The position numbers were made by a program, and so were the translations under genes. 64,000 nt of DNA from the human T2T-CHM13v2.0 reference genome, Homo sapiens. The notes below the pieces were generated by a model. That model was not told where the DNA came from, made no database searches, and worked only from the letters and a program-made list of their open reading frames with translations. Position 1 is the first letter of the stretch; the number at the start of each line of letters is the position of its first letter. This document shows positions 38,086 to 51,098 of the stretch, one piece after another. The stretch lies in assembly GCF_009914755.1 (NCBI RefSeq), contig NC_060944.1; one strand, written 5' to 3'.

Positions 38086-38508
38086 CTGGAGGAGGAAAAA
38101 AAATTGTTGTATCCTGCCAAAAGATTGCAGCACCTATAAAATGGTAAGGTCATTTTTCTGCTGAAATGTCACAGTGAGATTTTTTAAATAGATTCCTGGT
38201 GCAGTTTTAATAATGTCGAGGTTAAAGATAAGGGGAAAAAAGTATTTAACAATGAGAGTGAAGCAAAAATATTGCCGTTTAAAGTGGATTTTAGGCGTAG
38301 CCTTTTACGATGTCAGGGCAAAATATAACCTTGTATACTGCTAATAGTTTTCTAATTGTTTTATTCATAATTAATAACAATCAGCTCAACCACACTGGGC
38401 TGATGAACCTGCTTTGACCCTCATGCTAAATATCATAAAAGCAATCCCCGGGGAGGTCTGGAGGAGGGAAAAGGAACAGGGAATGCATGAAGCCCTGTGA
38501 GTTTCTCA

Positions 38509-38961
<453 letters not shown>

Positions 38962-39744
38962 TCAGGTCCTTTGTCCCTAGAATTTGTGCTGAGGAAAGGA
39001 ACCTGGGAGATGGGGGTTGAGGGTATTTTTGGCAGCATGTCCACTTGCTCCTCAGTGGGAGACTTTTGTTCTATGTTCATCTCGGTAAGTCTCTAGTAAA
39101 TTGCCTGTTTTAACTTAATTGAATGTATTAATGAAGATGGTTTTTCATAACAATCACTAGAGAGATTATTTCTCCTACTTAGGTTGTAAGGAAGGAGGGA
39201 GCCAGGGCGAGTTGGGGAACTCTGCACTCTCTGTAAATCTCTTCTTCTCTCTTTTACATTACACAAGAGTTTATGTGGATGAGAATAGAGAAGTTCAGCA
39301 GCCATTTATCCAGCCTGGGAGGCTGGAGAAAAGTTTCTTCTTTGCCTGCATCTTCTCTCTTCCTGCCTTTCCTAGAAGTACCCAGACATTTTCACCCTTG
39401 GCCAGTTCTGAATCCACAAGCTACCTCTAGCTACAAGGAAAACTGGGAAGACATTCTTTTTTCCTTAGTGAGAGGAATAGGAGGACAGGGAGCTGGTATG
39501 ACTGTGGGATCAGCGGCCTATAGGGTCTGCCCCGCTGGCCTGTGTGGCTTTCAGTTGATGACCCAAGGGTCCAACTATGACAATTATGGTCAAGAGACTA
39601 GGACCCTCCAGATTCTAAGTTCACATTCTCACATCTACCCTACTGAAGCCTACAAGAAGGAGGAAGGTGTGATTCAGCCTCAAATCCGCCTTCTCTGAGA
39701 CGACGCATGGGCAGCTTTAAGTGCTGTCTAAGATGCCACATGAC

Positions 39745-41700
39745 TACACGTGTCCACCAAATACACCAGTTCTTTGCTATCTTTGCTTCAGTATTTTTTT
39801 TCCTATTTGGAGATGTCCTTCCATACTCCCTGTCTTTCTCTCCCCCTCTCCCTCCCTCTTTCTCTCGCCAGAGGGCAGGCTGTCATGATGGGGAGTACCA
39901 TGTCCATGCTTGGTTTTTGAATATATTCTTTTACATGTAAGTGTTCATAGCAATATACAGCATATTTCATATCATTCTCAAAGATTACATGAATGATATC
40001 ATATTGCTCACATGATCCAGGAACTTTCTCTTTTTTCCACATGGCATTAACCTCTGAGATCCATCCATGTTGGTATGTGTAGCTTCAGCTTATCTCTCTT
40101 AGCCACTGTGTTCTCTTCTACCCCGTGGCTCAATCTTTATTGAGCAATATTGCCCAGGCGGGTCTCAAACTCCTCATAATTACAAGCCATTGTAATTATT
40201 TATAATTACATCCTATGACTATAAGCCAATTAAGAAAGTGATCAAAGGAAAATTAAAACCTTTCTATGAAAAATTAAATCTCGTTGAAATCTCAGCTGTA
40301 GTAGCTAAGTATGCCAGCATGTACTTTGGTGAGATAAGGATGCCAGTCTTGTATCTTCCTACTCATGGACTATTAGACTGTTTCCACTTTATGGTCATTG
40401 CAAACAATGCAGGAAGGGACTTTTGTCTTTTTAGGTTTAGAAGCAAGCACTGTCATCTAACTATTTGTCTAGGAGTTGAATTTATGGAACAAAAGGTATC
40501 CATGTACCAGCATCTTTTACCAGATTTTGCCAAATTGTTCTCTACTTCCAATTGCAGTCCTGCCAGCCTATAGATGTTCCATTTTCCACATCTTCAGCCA
40601 TTCTTCCCATAAAACACAAATGTTTTTGCTATTCTAATGGATAATGAGAAAGGGTCTATCTTTGTGATTTTGATTTGCGCTTTCTTAATTACTGGCAAGT
40701 TTGAGCATCTTGTTCTGTTGAATGCTCACCTGGGCTCCTGTTCTCTGAATTGTCCATCCACAGCTCTTGTTTAGAGCAGAACCTTGCTCTATAAGTGCTC
40801 CATACTCATCCTTCATCAGTTATGTGTGTCGTCCATGTGTGGTCTCAGTTTCTAGCTGTCTTTGGCTTTAAGGTATCTCGTATTTTACAGTTGTTTTAAA
40901 TTTAAATGTGGTACATCTATCAGTTGTTTCCATTGTGGTTTGTACCTTTGAGTCTATTTCAAGACATTTTTCTCTATTCAGAATCATAAAATAGTCTTTT
41001 ATAATCTATTCTAAGAGTTTTATTGTTTCACCTTTTTGCATTGAAGTCTGTAGTCAACTTTGGATTTACTTTTGCATATGAAGAAAAGCATATGGGGCAT
41101 ATAATTTACTTCTACGTGTGAAAGAAAAGTATCTGATGATGCATATTTCAAATAGGCAGGCAGGTATAGTAACAACGTTGGCAGAATGTCCTATCACTTC
41201 TCAGCTTTTGTACAGGGCACTTCGGTGGCCCGTGTGTGGGGTCTTTCTGGGCTCCCCATTTTTTTTTGCAGGAACCTGTTTTTTAAATCCCTGATTTAAT
41301 TCCCATGGGTTTTTATTTTCAATATAGTGAATAATAAGCAGGGCATTTTGCTTTGATGTTGCTTGTAAATCATTTTATCATGTTAATAAAGTTCCTTTTA
41401 TTCCGATTTTGCTAGAAGGGTTTTAAAATGATTATATTTATTTGGATGTTTAATTTAGTAACATAATTTTGTGTATGTTGACATGACTATTCTTTAAGTT
41501 ACTAGTGTGTTGAATTACATTAACAGATTTCTTAATATCAAAATAAGAAATAAGTGAACAATGCCTGTCTTATGATTTAATTGTTTGTGTGTGTGTGCGC
41601 ACATGTGTGGGAACATTCAGCTTGCTGATATTTAATTTAGGTTTCTGGATCTATGTTCAAAAGTGAGAGAATGTATCTCTGGTCAATGCTATGAATAATT
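39745..41700 (-). mobile_element. L1ME-like remnant (3' UTR into ORF2), interrupted at about 40140-40355
   Basis: gagatccatccatgttg, ctgtttccactttatggtcattgcaaacaatgc, gattttgccaaattgttctc, ttttgatttgcgctttcttaattactggcaagtttgagcatct. Confidence 0.75.
40196..40352 (+). repeat. Dispersed 157-bp direct repeat, copy 1 (inserted copy)
   Basis: Ungapped 135/157 (86%) match to 43121-43277, counted by hand. Confidence 0.93.
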
Positions 41701-41720
41701 CCATCCTTTTACTTTCAATT

Positions 41721-41826
41721 CTTTTTCTTTCTTTCTTTTTTTTTTTTTTCCAGAAAGAGGAAGTCTCACTCTGTTGCCCAAGCTAGTCTCAAACTCCTGG
41801 CCTCAAGAGATCCTCCCTCTGCTGCC
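41721..41826 (-). mobile_element. FLAM/Alu monomer fragment
   Basis: T tail then agtctcactctgttgcccaagctagtctcaaactcctggcctcaagagatcctccc. Confidence 0.85.
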
Positions 41827-41912
41827 AAATTCTTTTGTGATATGAAGTTGATTTTTCTGGAGTAGGGAGGTTATCTAATCTGGGAATATTTGTGTTTTAA
41901 AAACAGTTATGG

Positions 41913-42249
<337 letters not shown>

Positions 42250-43120
42250 TAAAAACAGTTATGGTATTTAAGTAACAATGCAGTGATCCTTTCCTGGGAC
42301 TGACTTCGACCCTCTTAGTTTTGTTGCTGGTTTGACTCATCAGGAGCAACTAGCACTGTTTCTTGCTGAGCTGAGATGAACCATTCAGGGTGGTGCCCAC
42401 TGCACCCCCAATGGACAGGCTTCACCAGTAAGCAGAAGCAAGTCTGCACCCCGTGCCAGTTCTGCTAAGAATGTTCTTATATATTTTGGCAAATGTTCAG
42501 CAAACACTAGAACTAACAAGCAGCTTAAAGTGAGACAGCTGTCCTTCTTGAAGCTCAAGATTAAACGTACACAGTCCAAGTCAAGCAGACAGTAAATATA
42601 TTTCAGAATCAGAGCTTCAGGAAGGAAGGATTTTCAAATACTGTACAATGGAAAAAAAGAAATCACTGATGAAACCTATTAAAATATCCTTAGAAAACAC
42701 AGGTAAAATGTAGTCAAAAGATCCAAAAGAAAAGATGGTCTCAGCAACTCTTGTCTCAACATTGGATAGCCTTGCAGAGATGATAAAACTTCTTAGTGAT
42801 GCCTTAGCCTTGATCATATGGCAAAGGGAAGCTTATCATGGCAATATTTTGCAAATAATGCCTTAACTCTATTTAAAGTACAATTCTAGGATATACACAA
42901 GAGACACAATAATGTTAGTTATGCAGGAAGAAGCTCAGAGTCAGAATAATTTGCATAAAAGGTATGGCTCTAAAATACTAATTCTGATGCGTCTAATATA
43001 AATTAAAAAATGGTTCCAAGGATAATCCAAAAGTGATTTGGAATCATTGGAGAACATTCCAACATTACTAATTTATACGTGCATTTTGGCAGCATCTTTA
43101 AAAAGAAAAACTTATTCCAT

Positions 43121-43277
43121 TTATTTATAAGTACATCCTATGACTACAAGCCAATTGAGAAAGTGATCAAAGGAGAATTATAACATTTCTAGGAAAAATT
43201 AAATCTCATTGAAATGTTAGATGTAGTCCCTAACTATTCCAGCCTGTACTTTGGTGTAATAAGGACACCGATCTTGT
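43121..43277 (+). repeat. Dispersed 157-bp direct repeat, copy 2 (probable donor)
   Basis: 86% identical to 40196-40352. Confidence 0.93.
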
Positions 43278-43422
43278 CTTGGGCCCTGTAGTTGGTTGAA
43301 TATGTCCACCTTATAACCCTTGGAATCTGTGAATTACGCCTTATTTGGAAAAGGGGTCCTTGAGGATATAATTAAGATAAGAGTCGTGAAATGAGATCCC
43401 ACTGGGTTATCTGAGTGGACAT

Positions 43423-43823
43423 TTTCACTCGTGTCCGTGTAAAGAGACCACCAAACAGGCTTTGTGTGAGCAACAAGGCTGTTTCTTTCATCTGGGTGCA
43501 GGCGGGCTGAGTCCAAAAAGAGAGTCAGCGAAGGGAGATAGGGGTAGGGCTGTTTTATAGGATTTGGGTAGGTAAAGGAAAATTACAGTGAAAGGGGGTT
43601 GTTCTCTGGCAGGCAGGGGCAGGAGACACAAGGTGCTCAGTGGGGGAGCTTTTTAGCCAGAATGAGTGAGGAGAAGGAATTTCACAAGGTAATGTCATCA
43701 GTTAAGGCAGGAACAGGCCATTTTCACTTCTTTTGTGATTCTTCAGTTACTTCAGGCCATCTGGATGTATACACGCAGGTCACAGGGGATATGATGGCTT
43801 AGCTTGGGCTCAGAGGCCTGACA
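43423..43823 (-). mobile_element. HERV-H solo LTR (LTR7B-like)
   Basis: Minus strand starts tgtcaggcctctgagcccaagctaagccatcatatcccctgtgacctgc and ends gcctgtttggtggtctctttacacggacacgagtgaaa; 5-bp TSD gacat/gacac. Confidence 0.95.
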
Positions 43824-43856
43824 GACACTAAATCCAAGGACAAATGTGCTGACAGA

Positions 43857-44439
43857 TGTCAACCTGAAATAGTCAAAAGGGTCAGAATCTAATTTAAAGT
43901 GAGTTTACTCCAGCATAAATTGGTGTGAGGCTGCCACCCCACCACCCCGAGAAACACCAGCTCCAAAGGAATGGAGTCAGCCTGCCCAAGTAGGGAAGTG
44001 AAGGTTTCACTTACAGCAGCAGAGAGGGAGGAGTTTTTTTAGCAGGATGAAAACTCATTCATACAAGGTTGGTGCATAGTTACAGCAATTTGGTTGGTTA
44101 TAGGCAGTGTTTCTTTTGGGAAAGGGTGCATTTAACATTTCTTACAGAGGGTGTGATAGTCATGGGTTTTCTGTCATCTGGTCTAAGCAAAGCAGGACAG
44201 CAAGGGGAAGTTAATCGATAAAAGTGTCATTAATTTGAAAGGCAGGAGGTTTCTGTCCTTGACGTCATTTAATTCTTTCTAGGCATTGTACAGAACAAGA
44301 AAAATAAGAAAGCCAGTTAATCTATAATCGGAGAACAGAAGTTGTGTCCATATGTGACTGAGCTCACGATCACATCTCTGTCAAGGCTTAAAGTGTTTCT
44401 GGGGGTTCCAGCAGCTTTTGAATTGTATTTGTTTTCACA
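43857..44439 (-). mobile_element. ERV1 solo LTR (MER87/MER4-group-like; subfamily uncertain)
   Basis: TG...CA bounded 583-bp insert interrupting MLT1C; minus start tgtgaaaacaaatacaattcaaaagctgctggaac. Confidence 0.7.
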
Positions 44440-45789
44440 TAAAAGACAAAAAAGGGGAAGATGCAGACTCATAGAGGAAGGAGAGAGAAGAGATTGGAGT
44501 GATGCAGCAAAGAAAAAAAAAATGCAAAAAATGTCTGGAGCCACCAGAAGCTGAGAACGGCAGGGAAGCATTCTCCCCTAGAGCCTTCAGGGAAGGACAG
44601 CCCTGTTGAGACCTTGATTTGGAACTTCTGCCCTCCAGAGAAGACATTCCTGTTCTTTGAAGGCACCGACTTTGTGGTGATTTGTTATGGCAGCCCCTGG
44701 AAGTGAACACAGTTCCCATCTTGAACCACATCACTACCCGTGGGTGATGCCAAGCCAAGAAAAATGGCCATGACTTTGTCGATAGATCGTAATCAAAACC
44801 CAAACAAAACAACTGCAGCCCGAAATGCTGGGATGACTTCAACAAGGAGACTTATTAAGGGTATATAGAATGACAAGCCAAAGCACAGGACAGGCAAACG
44901 TGACAACCTGTGGAGAGTGACCCTGAAGCAAAGGCAATGAAAACTTCTGAAAGGGGCTGTCACAGAGGCGTGGTGACACTGCAGGACCTTAACATGAGCG
45001 TTGATCGCTTCCAGAACTGGGACCACCTGCAGGGCTCCGACCCCACAGGAACGCCCTGCTGAGTCGCGTGGCTCCACTTTAGGGTGGATGCAGGGAAGTC
45101 TGGCAGAACAGCCTCCAGGATGGAAAAATGACGCAAATCCTGCTCAAAGAAGATGGGAGCAGAACAGAACTTCCTGCAGAGACCCAGGAGCTACAGGAGG
45201 TGTTAATCTCACCTGGGAGCTGCCAGAGGGAGGTTCTGAAACCAGTGAAATAATGGAGTTTCAGGTCGACGTCAGCCAGACCTAACCAAATGCTGGGACA
45301 TCCTGGGGCAGGAGGCCTCTTCCCATTGTTGGCGGTTGAAAAGGGAAGAGAAAACAATTTTCAGGGAGGCTCAGGGAGTAAACCAGAATCTGAATACATT
45401 TTAGTAAGGAGGGAGAAAAATGGTAAATTTCCATAATAAAGAAGAGGGAATGTGGAGGAGGAGGTGAGGGGGAAGTGGCCCATTAGTTTCAAACTGCTGT
45501 GGGTCTCTTGAGGGCAGAAGTTCCATTTCATCACTTTTATTCTCAAGAAACCCCTTGGAACACTGACTTAATATTTGTTAGCTGAATTTTTTTCTGTAGC
45601 TTAATGTTAGTTTTCCATACATGGTTATCTTTTAAGGATAGCAGTAAGAAACTGACATTGTTTTGCCCCAGGGACTAGGAATGTCCCAGGTACTGGACCC
45701 ATGGCTTCAGTTGGGAAATCTGTGTAATTGACATGATTTAGGGAAGGATTTCTTTTTTTTATTGTTTAAACAAGTATTTCCCTTATAAC

Positions 45790-46500
45790 ATTATCGATTC
45801 ACTCATCAACAAGTATTTAATAAATGTTCACTGTGCTAGACAATAGGATGGCGAACACAGACCTCCACCCACTCTGTGCCAGGCAGCACCCAAGCACCCT
45901 CTAGCCACCAACTCACTACCTACTCTTGGCAACCCTGTGAAGTAGGTTCTTATTTCCATTTTGCATGTGAGACCACTGAAACAATGAATAATGTAATTAG
46001 AAATAATTTGCATTTATTTGCAATGACAAAATAATTTGAAATGGAATGAAATAAGAAAAACTGAAATAATTTGCTCCAATTATGTGGATTATGTGGTGGT
46101 TGTGGGGAGGGTGGGAACGAACCCAGGAATTCTGGCTCCAGCCAAATCCTGGGCTCCTCAACAGACTCTGAACTTCTAGATGTACAATGACTGATGACAG
46201 GCAGAAGGATACCAGCCCATCCTCACGTCACAGGCAGAGTGGTGGGATAGAGTCTTTAATCAAATACTTAATCAAATTATGAATCAAATAATGTTAAGTA
46301 AATATACAATTACAGTTGCAATTAGCCGTATAGATTCATCACCAAGGGGTTTGCTGTAGCAAAGGTCTGAAAAGCTTTCCCCTGGAAAGGCATACTTAAG
46401 CTGATACCTAAATGATGTCATGAATTTGGTTAAGAAGGTGGGGGGGATGCTTTAGGCCAAAGTGAGTCACAGGCACAGATATGACTTTATGTCTTGTACA
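45790..46500 (-). mobile_element. L2 remnant with a nested MIR (about 45870-46145)
   Basis: attcactcatcaacaagtatttaataaatg (L2 tail); ggcaaccctgtgaagtaggttcttatttccattttgcatgtgag (MIR). Confidence 0.65.
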
Positions 46501-46544
46501 AGGTCCAGGTATTTCCCAGCACCAGATGCATCTACCTTGTAGAT

Positions 46545-46730
46545 CAGTGGTCTTAAAATGTGGCACATAGCTCAGGAGCAGCAGCAGCAGCCCCTGGAAA
46601 CTTATTGGAAATGCAAATTCTTGGGCTCCACCCCATCACTACTGAGTGGGAAATTGTGGAGGGTGGGCCTAGTGCTGTTTTAAGAAGCCCTCCAGTTGAT
46701 CCTGAGCTCACTCAAGTTTGGGATCAGCTG
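46545..46730. mobile_element. MER5A (hAT-Charlie MITE)
   Basis: cagtggtcttaaaatgtgg...gaaatgcaaattcttgggctccacccca...ttttaagaagccctccagttgat. Confidence 0.88.
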
Positions 46731-46844
46731 CTATGGAAGATACAGTGGGCACATGCCCAGGCCCCTTCCCCAGCAGATGTGCCCATTCCCCGTGGCTGAA
46801 TATTGGCCCCTGACAGCTCACAGCCACCGACTACCCACTCAGGA

Positions 46845-46873
46845 AGGCTGAGTCAGCACTGCTGAGTCAGCCT
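46845..46873. promoter_or_regulatory. Paired MARE/ARE (AP-1 core) motifs forming a near-perfect palindrome
   Basis: aggctgagtcagca-c-tgctgagtcagcct; motif match only. Confidence 0.45.
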
Positions 46874-46998
46874 CACAGGAGCCTTTTGCTCCCGGATGCT
46901 GAGCTGCCTGTAGCCTCCACTCTCCCACCAGACCCTGATGACACATGACTCACATCATGCTTGCTCCCTGCCTCAAAGTAAGAATTGTGTTGAAGTTG

Positions 46999-47730
46999 TG
47001 TAACCACCCCAAGGATTCTTCCTGCTCACTGCACAGGCAAAACTGATTCATTGAGACCATGGCATTGCAAGAAAGAGTGTAGCCAATTCGAGGCTGGCCA
47101 CATTATGTGGGAGACGAAGTTATCACTCAAAATCAATCTCCCCCAAAATTCAGAGGCTAGGGTTTCTCAAGGACAGCTTGGTGGGCAGGGGGACTAGGAA
47201 ATGGGTGCTGCTGATTGGTTGGGGATGCAATCAATGGGATGTGGAAATCGGTCCTCCTGCTCTGAGTCCACTTTTGGGTGAGGCCACAGGACTGTTTTGA
47301 GTCACAGCTCTGGGTGAGGCCAACTGGTTGTCAGGAATACAAAAGCCATAAAAGACATCTCAAAAGGCCAATCTTAGGTTCTAAAATAGTGACACTAACT
47401 ATAGGAATAATTGGGGGAGGTGCAAATCTTATGACCTCTGAAAAACTGGCTGGCAACTGTTTCACTGTGCCTACATCTTAGCAGAATTCGGTCCCCTCTT
47501 ATCCTTCCAAACTGGTGGCCTTCCATGAGGTTTATAAAGGTGGTTTCGTTTTAGGGAAAGGCTATTATCATTTAAACTATAAACTAAATTTTTCCCAAAG
47601 TAAGTTTGGCCCAAGCCCAGGAATGACCAAGGGCAGTTTGGAGTTAAAGGCAAGATGAGGGTTGATTAGATCAGATCTCTTTCACTGTCATAATTTTCGC
47701 ACTGTTATAATTTTTGCAAAAGCAGTTTCA
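46999..47730 (-). mobile_element. LTR8A/B-like ERV1 solo LTR
   Basis: tgtaaccaccccaaggattcttcctgc...ataatttttgcaaaagcagtttca; perfect 4-bp TSD gttg. Confidence 0.92.
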
Positions 47731-48065
47731 GTTGTGCCCCAGAGCTGCCAGTGAGCCATATTCTAGTTTAGAACGTTTCCTGTCTCCTTGCCCTCTCTGG
47801 CCTCCTTCTGTCTTCTCCCAGAGACAATTTCCCAATAAACCTCTTGAACAAGAATCCCCATCTCAGGTTCTGTTTCTGGGAAACCTTACCTGATGCAGGC
47901 ACTGTCATTCTGGAGGCCAGCAGATAGAGCTTGAAGCAAAACTGAGACAGAGACAACAGAAGCATCAGTGTGGAGCAGGGGACACTCTTCCCCGGCCCTC
48001 CTGCCTTTTCTTTATCCCAATCATGTGCCTTCAGACTCATCCCTCTCAACAGAAAAATTTGCCTG

Positions 48066-48649
48066 TGTCAGTGAAAAGAGTCAAACTCTGTAAAATATTT
48101 GAAGAGATTTCTTCTGAGCCAAATATGAGTGACCCAGGCCTGTGACACAGTCCTCAGGAGATCATGAGAACATGTGCCCAAGGTGGTCAGGGTGCAGCTT
48201 GGTTTTATACATTTTAGGGAGACATAAGACTTCAATCGAATACATTTAAGAAATACATTGGTTTGGTCCAGAAAGGTGGGACAACTTGAAGGAGGGGGTG
48301 GCTTCCAGCCTATAGGTAGATTTTAAAATTTTCTGGTTGACAATTAGTTGAATTTTTCCAGTGACCTGGGATCAATAGAAAAGAATATCCGGGTTGTGAT
48401 AAGAGATTGTGGAGACCAAAGTTTTATCAATGCAGATAAGGCCTCCAGGCAGCAGGCTTCATAGAGAATAGGTTATAAATGTTTCTTATCTGACTTAAAG
48501 TCTGTGTTGATGTATCATGAGGCATGTCCCACCCCCACTTCCCATCAAGGCCTGAGCCAGTCTTTCAGGTTAAACTTCAAAAGAGTCCTGGCTAAGGAAG
48601 AAGTCCATTCAAATGGTTGGGGGTCTTAGAATTTTATTTTTGGTTTACA
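48066..48649 (-). mobile_element. MER4 (MER4E-like) ERV1 solo LTR
   Basis: tgtcagtgaaaagagtcaaactctgtaaaatatttgaagag...gaattttatttttggtttaca; perfect TSD cctg. Confidence 0.9.
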
Positions 48650-49593
48650 CCTGCTTGCTTACTAAAAACAAAGAGGTTATTGGTTGTGACATCCTTCTAT
48701 CTGCTTCTACTTTACAATAGACCATCCTTGGACTTCCACTTAGCTCCAAGCAAATATTCTCAGTTCTCAGCTTTTTTCCTCTGCCATGCTTCTGTTGGGC
48801 GGCTCCCTCCATCACCAGCAGGATGTGCAGTGGTCAGTGCATAGGCTTCTGGCTTCCTTTAAGACAATCACCCTCTGTGCGCAGCCTGGTTGCAGTTGAT
48901 GTTCTGCCTGACGGTTCCCAGGGCTCAGATGAGGCCAAACAGATGCTTCTTCCAGGACATGGAATTTTGGGTCAAGGGGTGCAGGACTAAGAACAAACAC
49001 CATGGCTGATTCATCCCAACAGCTCCACTCTGATGAGACTCTCCAGTGCCTCCTGACACTCAAGGTCTGGCTGCTGCTCTGCCTCCTGTGCTTTCAGACA
49101 CAGGTTTGGTATTATTATTACTATTTTGCCTTTCCTCTCATTTCTTCCATAAGTTCTCCTTTGCTCAAGTAAATTTTCTAAAAGATACACCACCTTTATG
49201 AGAACAATTCGTACCAGAAATATCAGCATCTTAACAAAATTAAGATTTATCCTTTACTCCTGCAAAATCCGTTTTGGATCCAACAAGCCTCTTCCATTTT
49301 GTAGCTTAGCCATGAGAGACAAGTGGCCAATGAGATCACTACTTTAGGACAAGAAAAAAAGGAGGAAGAGGTGGCGCTTCTGGTCTTAACTGTTGCAGTG
49401 ACTCCCCACCTCCAGCCAGGAGATGATTGCCTCACTGGTTCCACGCTCAAGTGCAAGGCAGAGAAAAGTTGAGAGAACACCATCTCTTTTGCTCCTTTTA
49501 ATCCCAACACCATTCTCCCCACTTACCCTTCTTTACCACTGACTCTCTGATCACTCCTGGTTATTCCTTGGCACTTGGTTTTGCTTCTGGTAG

Positions 49594-49904
<311 letters not shown>

Positions 49905-50630
49905 TGAAACCATTCTCTTGACATCATTGAGAACCTCCCTGATCCCTGTTCCCTCACTAAGGGTCTTCCCTCAGTTTCTTATCTGCCTGCACTTCCCTAC
50001 AGTATTTGATGTTTCCCCATCCCTTCCTCTGAAGAGTTCTCTATTCCCTTTAAATGTATAATAGTGCCCTAGTCTGACCTGGTAGTCACCTTTTCTTATC
50101 TCCATATCCTATTTTACTTCTGATTCCTAACCTCTGAGTATAGTTCTTCAAATTTACAAACTAAGCTCTCTTCTTTCTCGTTATAGTTTTAGAAGCTCCA
50201 TCTAGTTTCATAACTTAAGTTATTGCCTTTCTGAGAGTAATTCCTAAATGGTAATACTTAATCCTGATACTGACTCAGAACTTCCTGCAGAAATGCAAGT
50301 CCATCTGGTTTTTGAACAGATCCACCTCCAGATGTTCATACCCAAGATAATGATGCAGTCTTTAATCTTGTCTTCCTATCTAGCAGTGGATCCACTAAGC
50401 TAGGTCCCTTTGGCCTTGGGTGCCGCTGATGGCCACTTCTCCCCTAGGCTGCCCTGAATCTCATGCCTATGCTTGTCCCTGAGCAACCTCTTTCCATTTC
50501 CAGAAGACTGCACTGTTTAGGCTTTAGTGAATTTTGGCTGGATTTTAAATAAATTCTCCTGCCTGGTATTTCCTTCAGGATTTTTCATTTCCCCGCTGTT
50601 CCCTGTGGTGCTAGTTTAATCTCCTTAAAC

Positions 50631-51098
50631 TGCTATCAAAGAAAAACTGCATGAGGTGGGATAAACAGGCAAGGAAGACTTTATTCAAGACTGGGGCAAT
50701 AGGGGAGAGAGATTGAACTCAACTCCACTGAAACAAATGGCAGGATAGAGTTTAAGTGCTGGGGTGAGCCAGTGGAGAGGGATGGGAAGATGTCAGGAGT
50801 GAGGTCGGCCAATGCAATTAAGCCATCTGGATTTTCTGATTGGTGCTTATAAAACTAGGCTCTCACTCTCCCACAGAGATGATTACATTTCAAAGGAATC
50901 GCTTCTAGCTCCTTGAGAAAAATATTCCTGAGTGTAAAACTGGCAAGAATCTAGGAGAAGATTTGTATCTCACATGGGCAGAGAAATGATTTGCAATTTC
51001 AAGTCTTTCTAAAGTTAATGCTGTAAGCAAAGGAAGGTCAGAAAGAAGTCTGTCTGGAGTCCAGTGAAGATGAGGATTATGTTAGGCCCACATGGTCA
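50631..51098 (-). mobile_element. MER31/MER67-group ERV1 solo LTR
   Basis: aaacaggcaaggaagactttattcaagact...caataggggagagagattgaactcaactcc...gattacatttcaaag...tggtca. Confidence 0.8.

Larger units (their letters stand above)
43287..44711 (+). mobile_element. MLT1C-like MaLR LTR split by two ERV1 LTRs
   Basis: tgtagttggttgaat...ccttatttggaaaagggg...| taaatccaaggacaaatgtg |...gattggagtgatgcagc...ttctcccctagagccttcagg...tttgttatggcagccc. Confidence 0.88.
46740..47897 (+). mobile_element. LTR16-like ERVL LTR split by LTR8
   Basis: ctgacagctcacagc...cctcaaag | tgccccagagct...cccaataaacctcttgaacaagaatccccatctcaggttctgtttctgggaaacc. Confidence 0.75.

Noticed and set aside
42600-43120. Possible ancient mariner-like remnant
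   Set aside because: Only a vague resemblance; no TIR or translatable motif could be confirmed.
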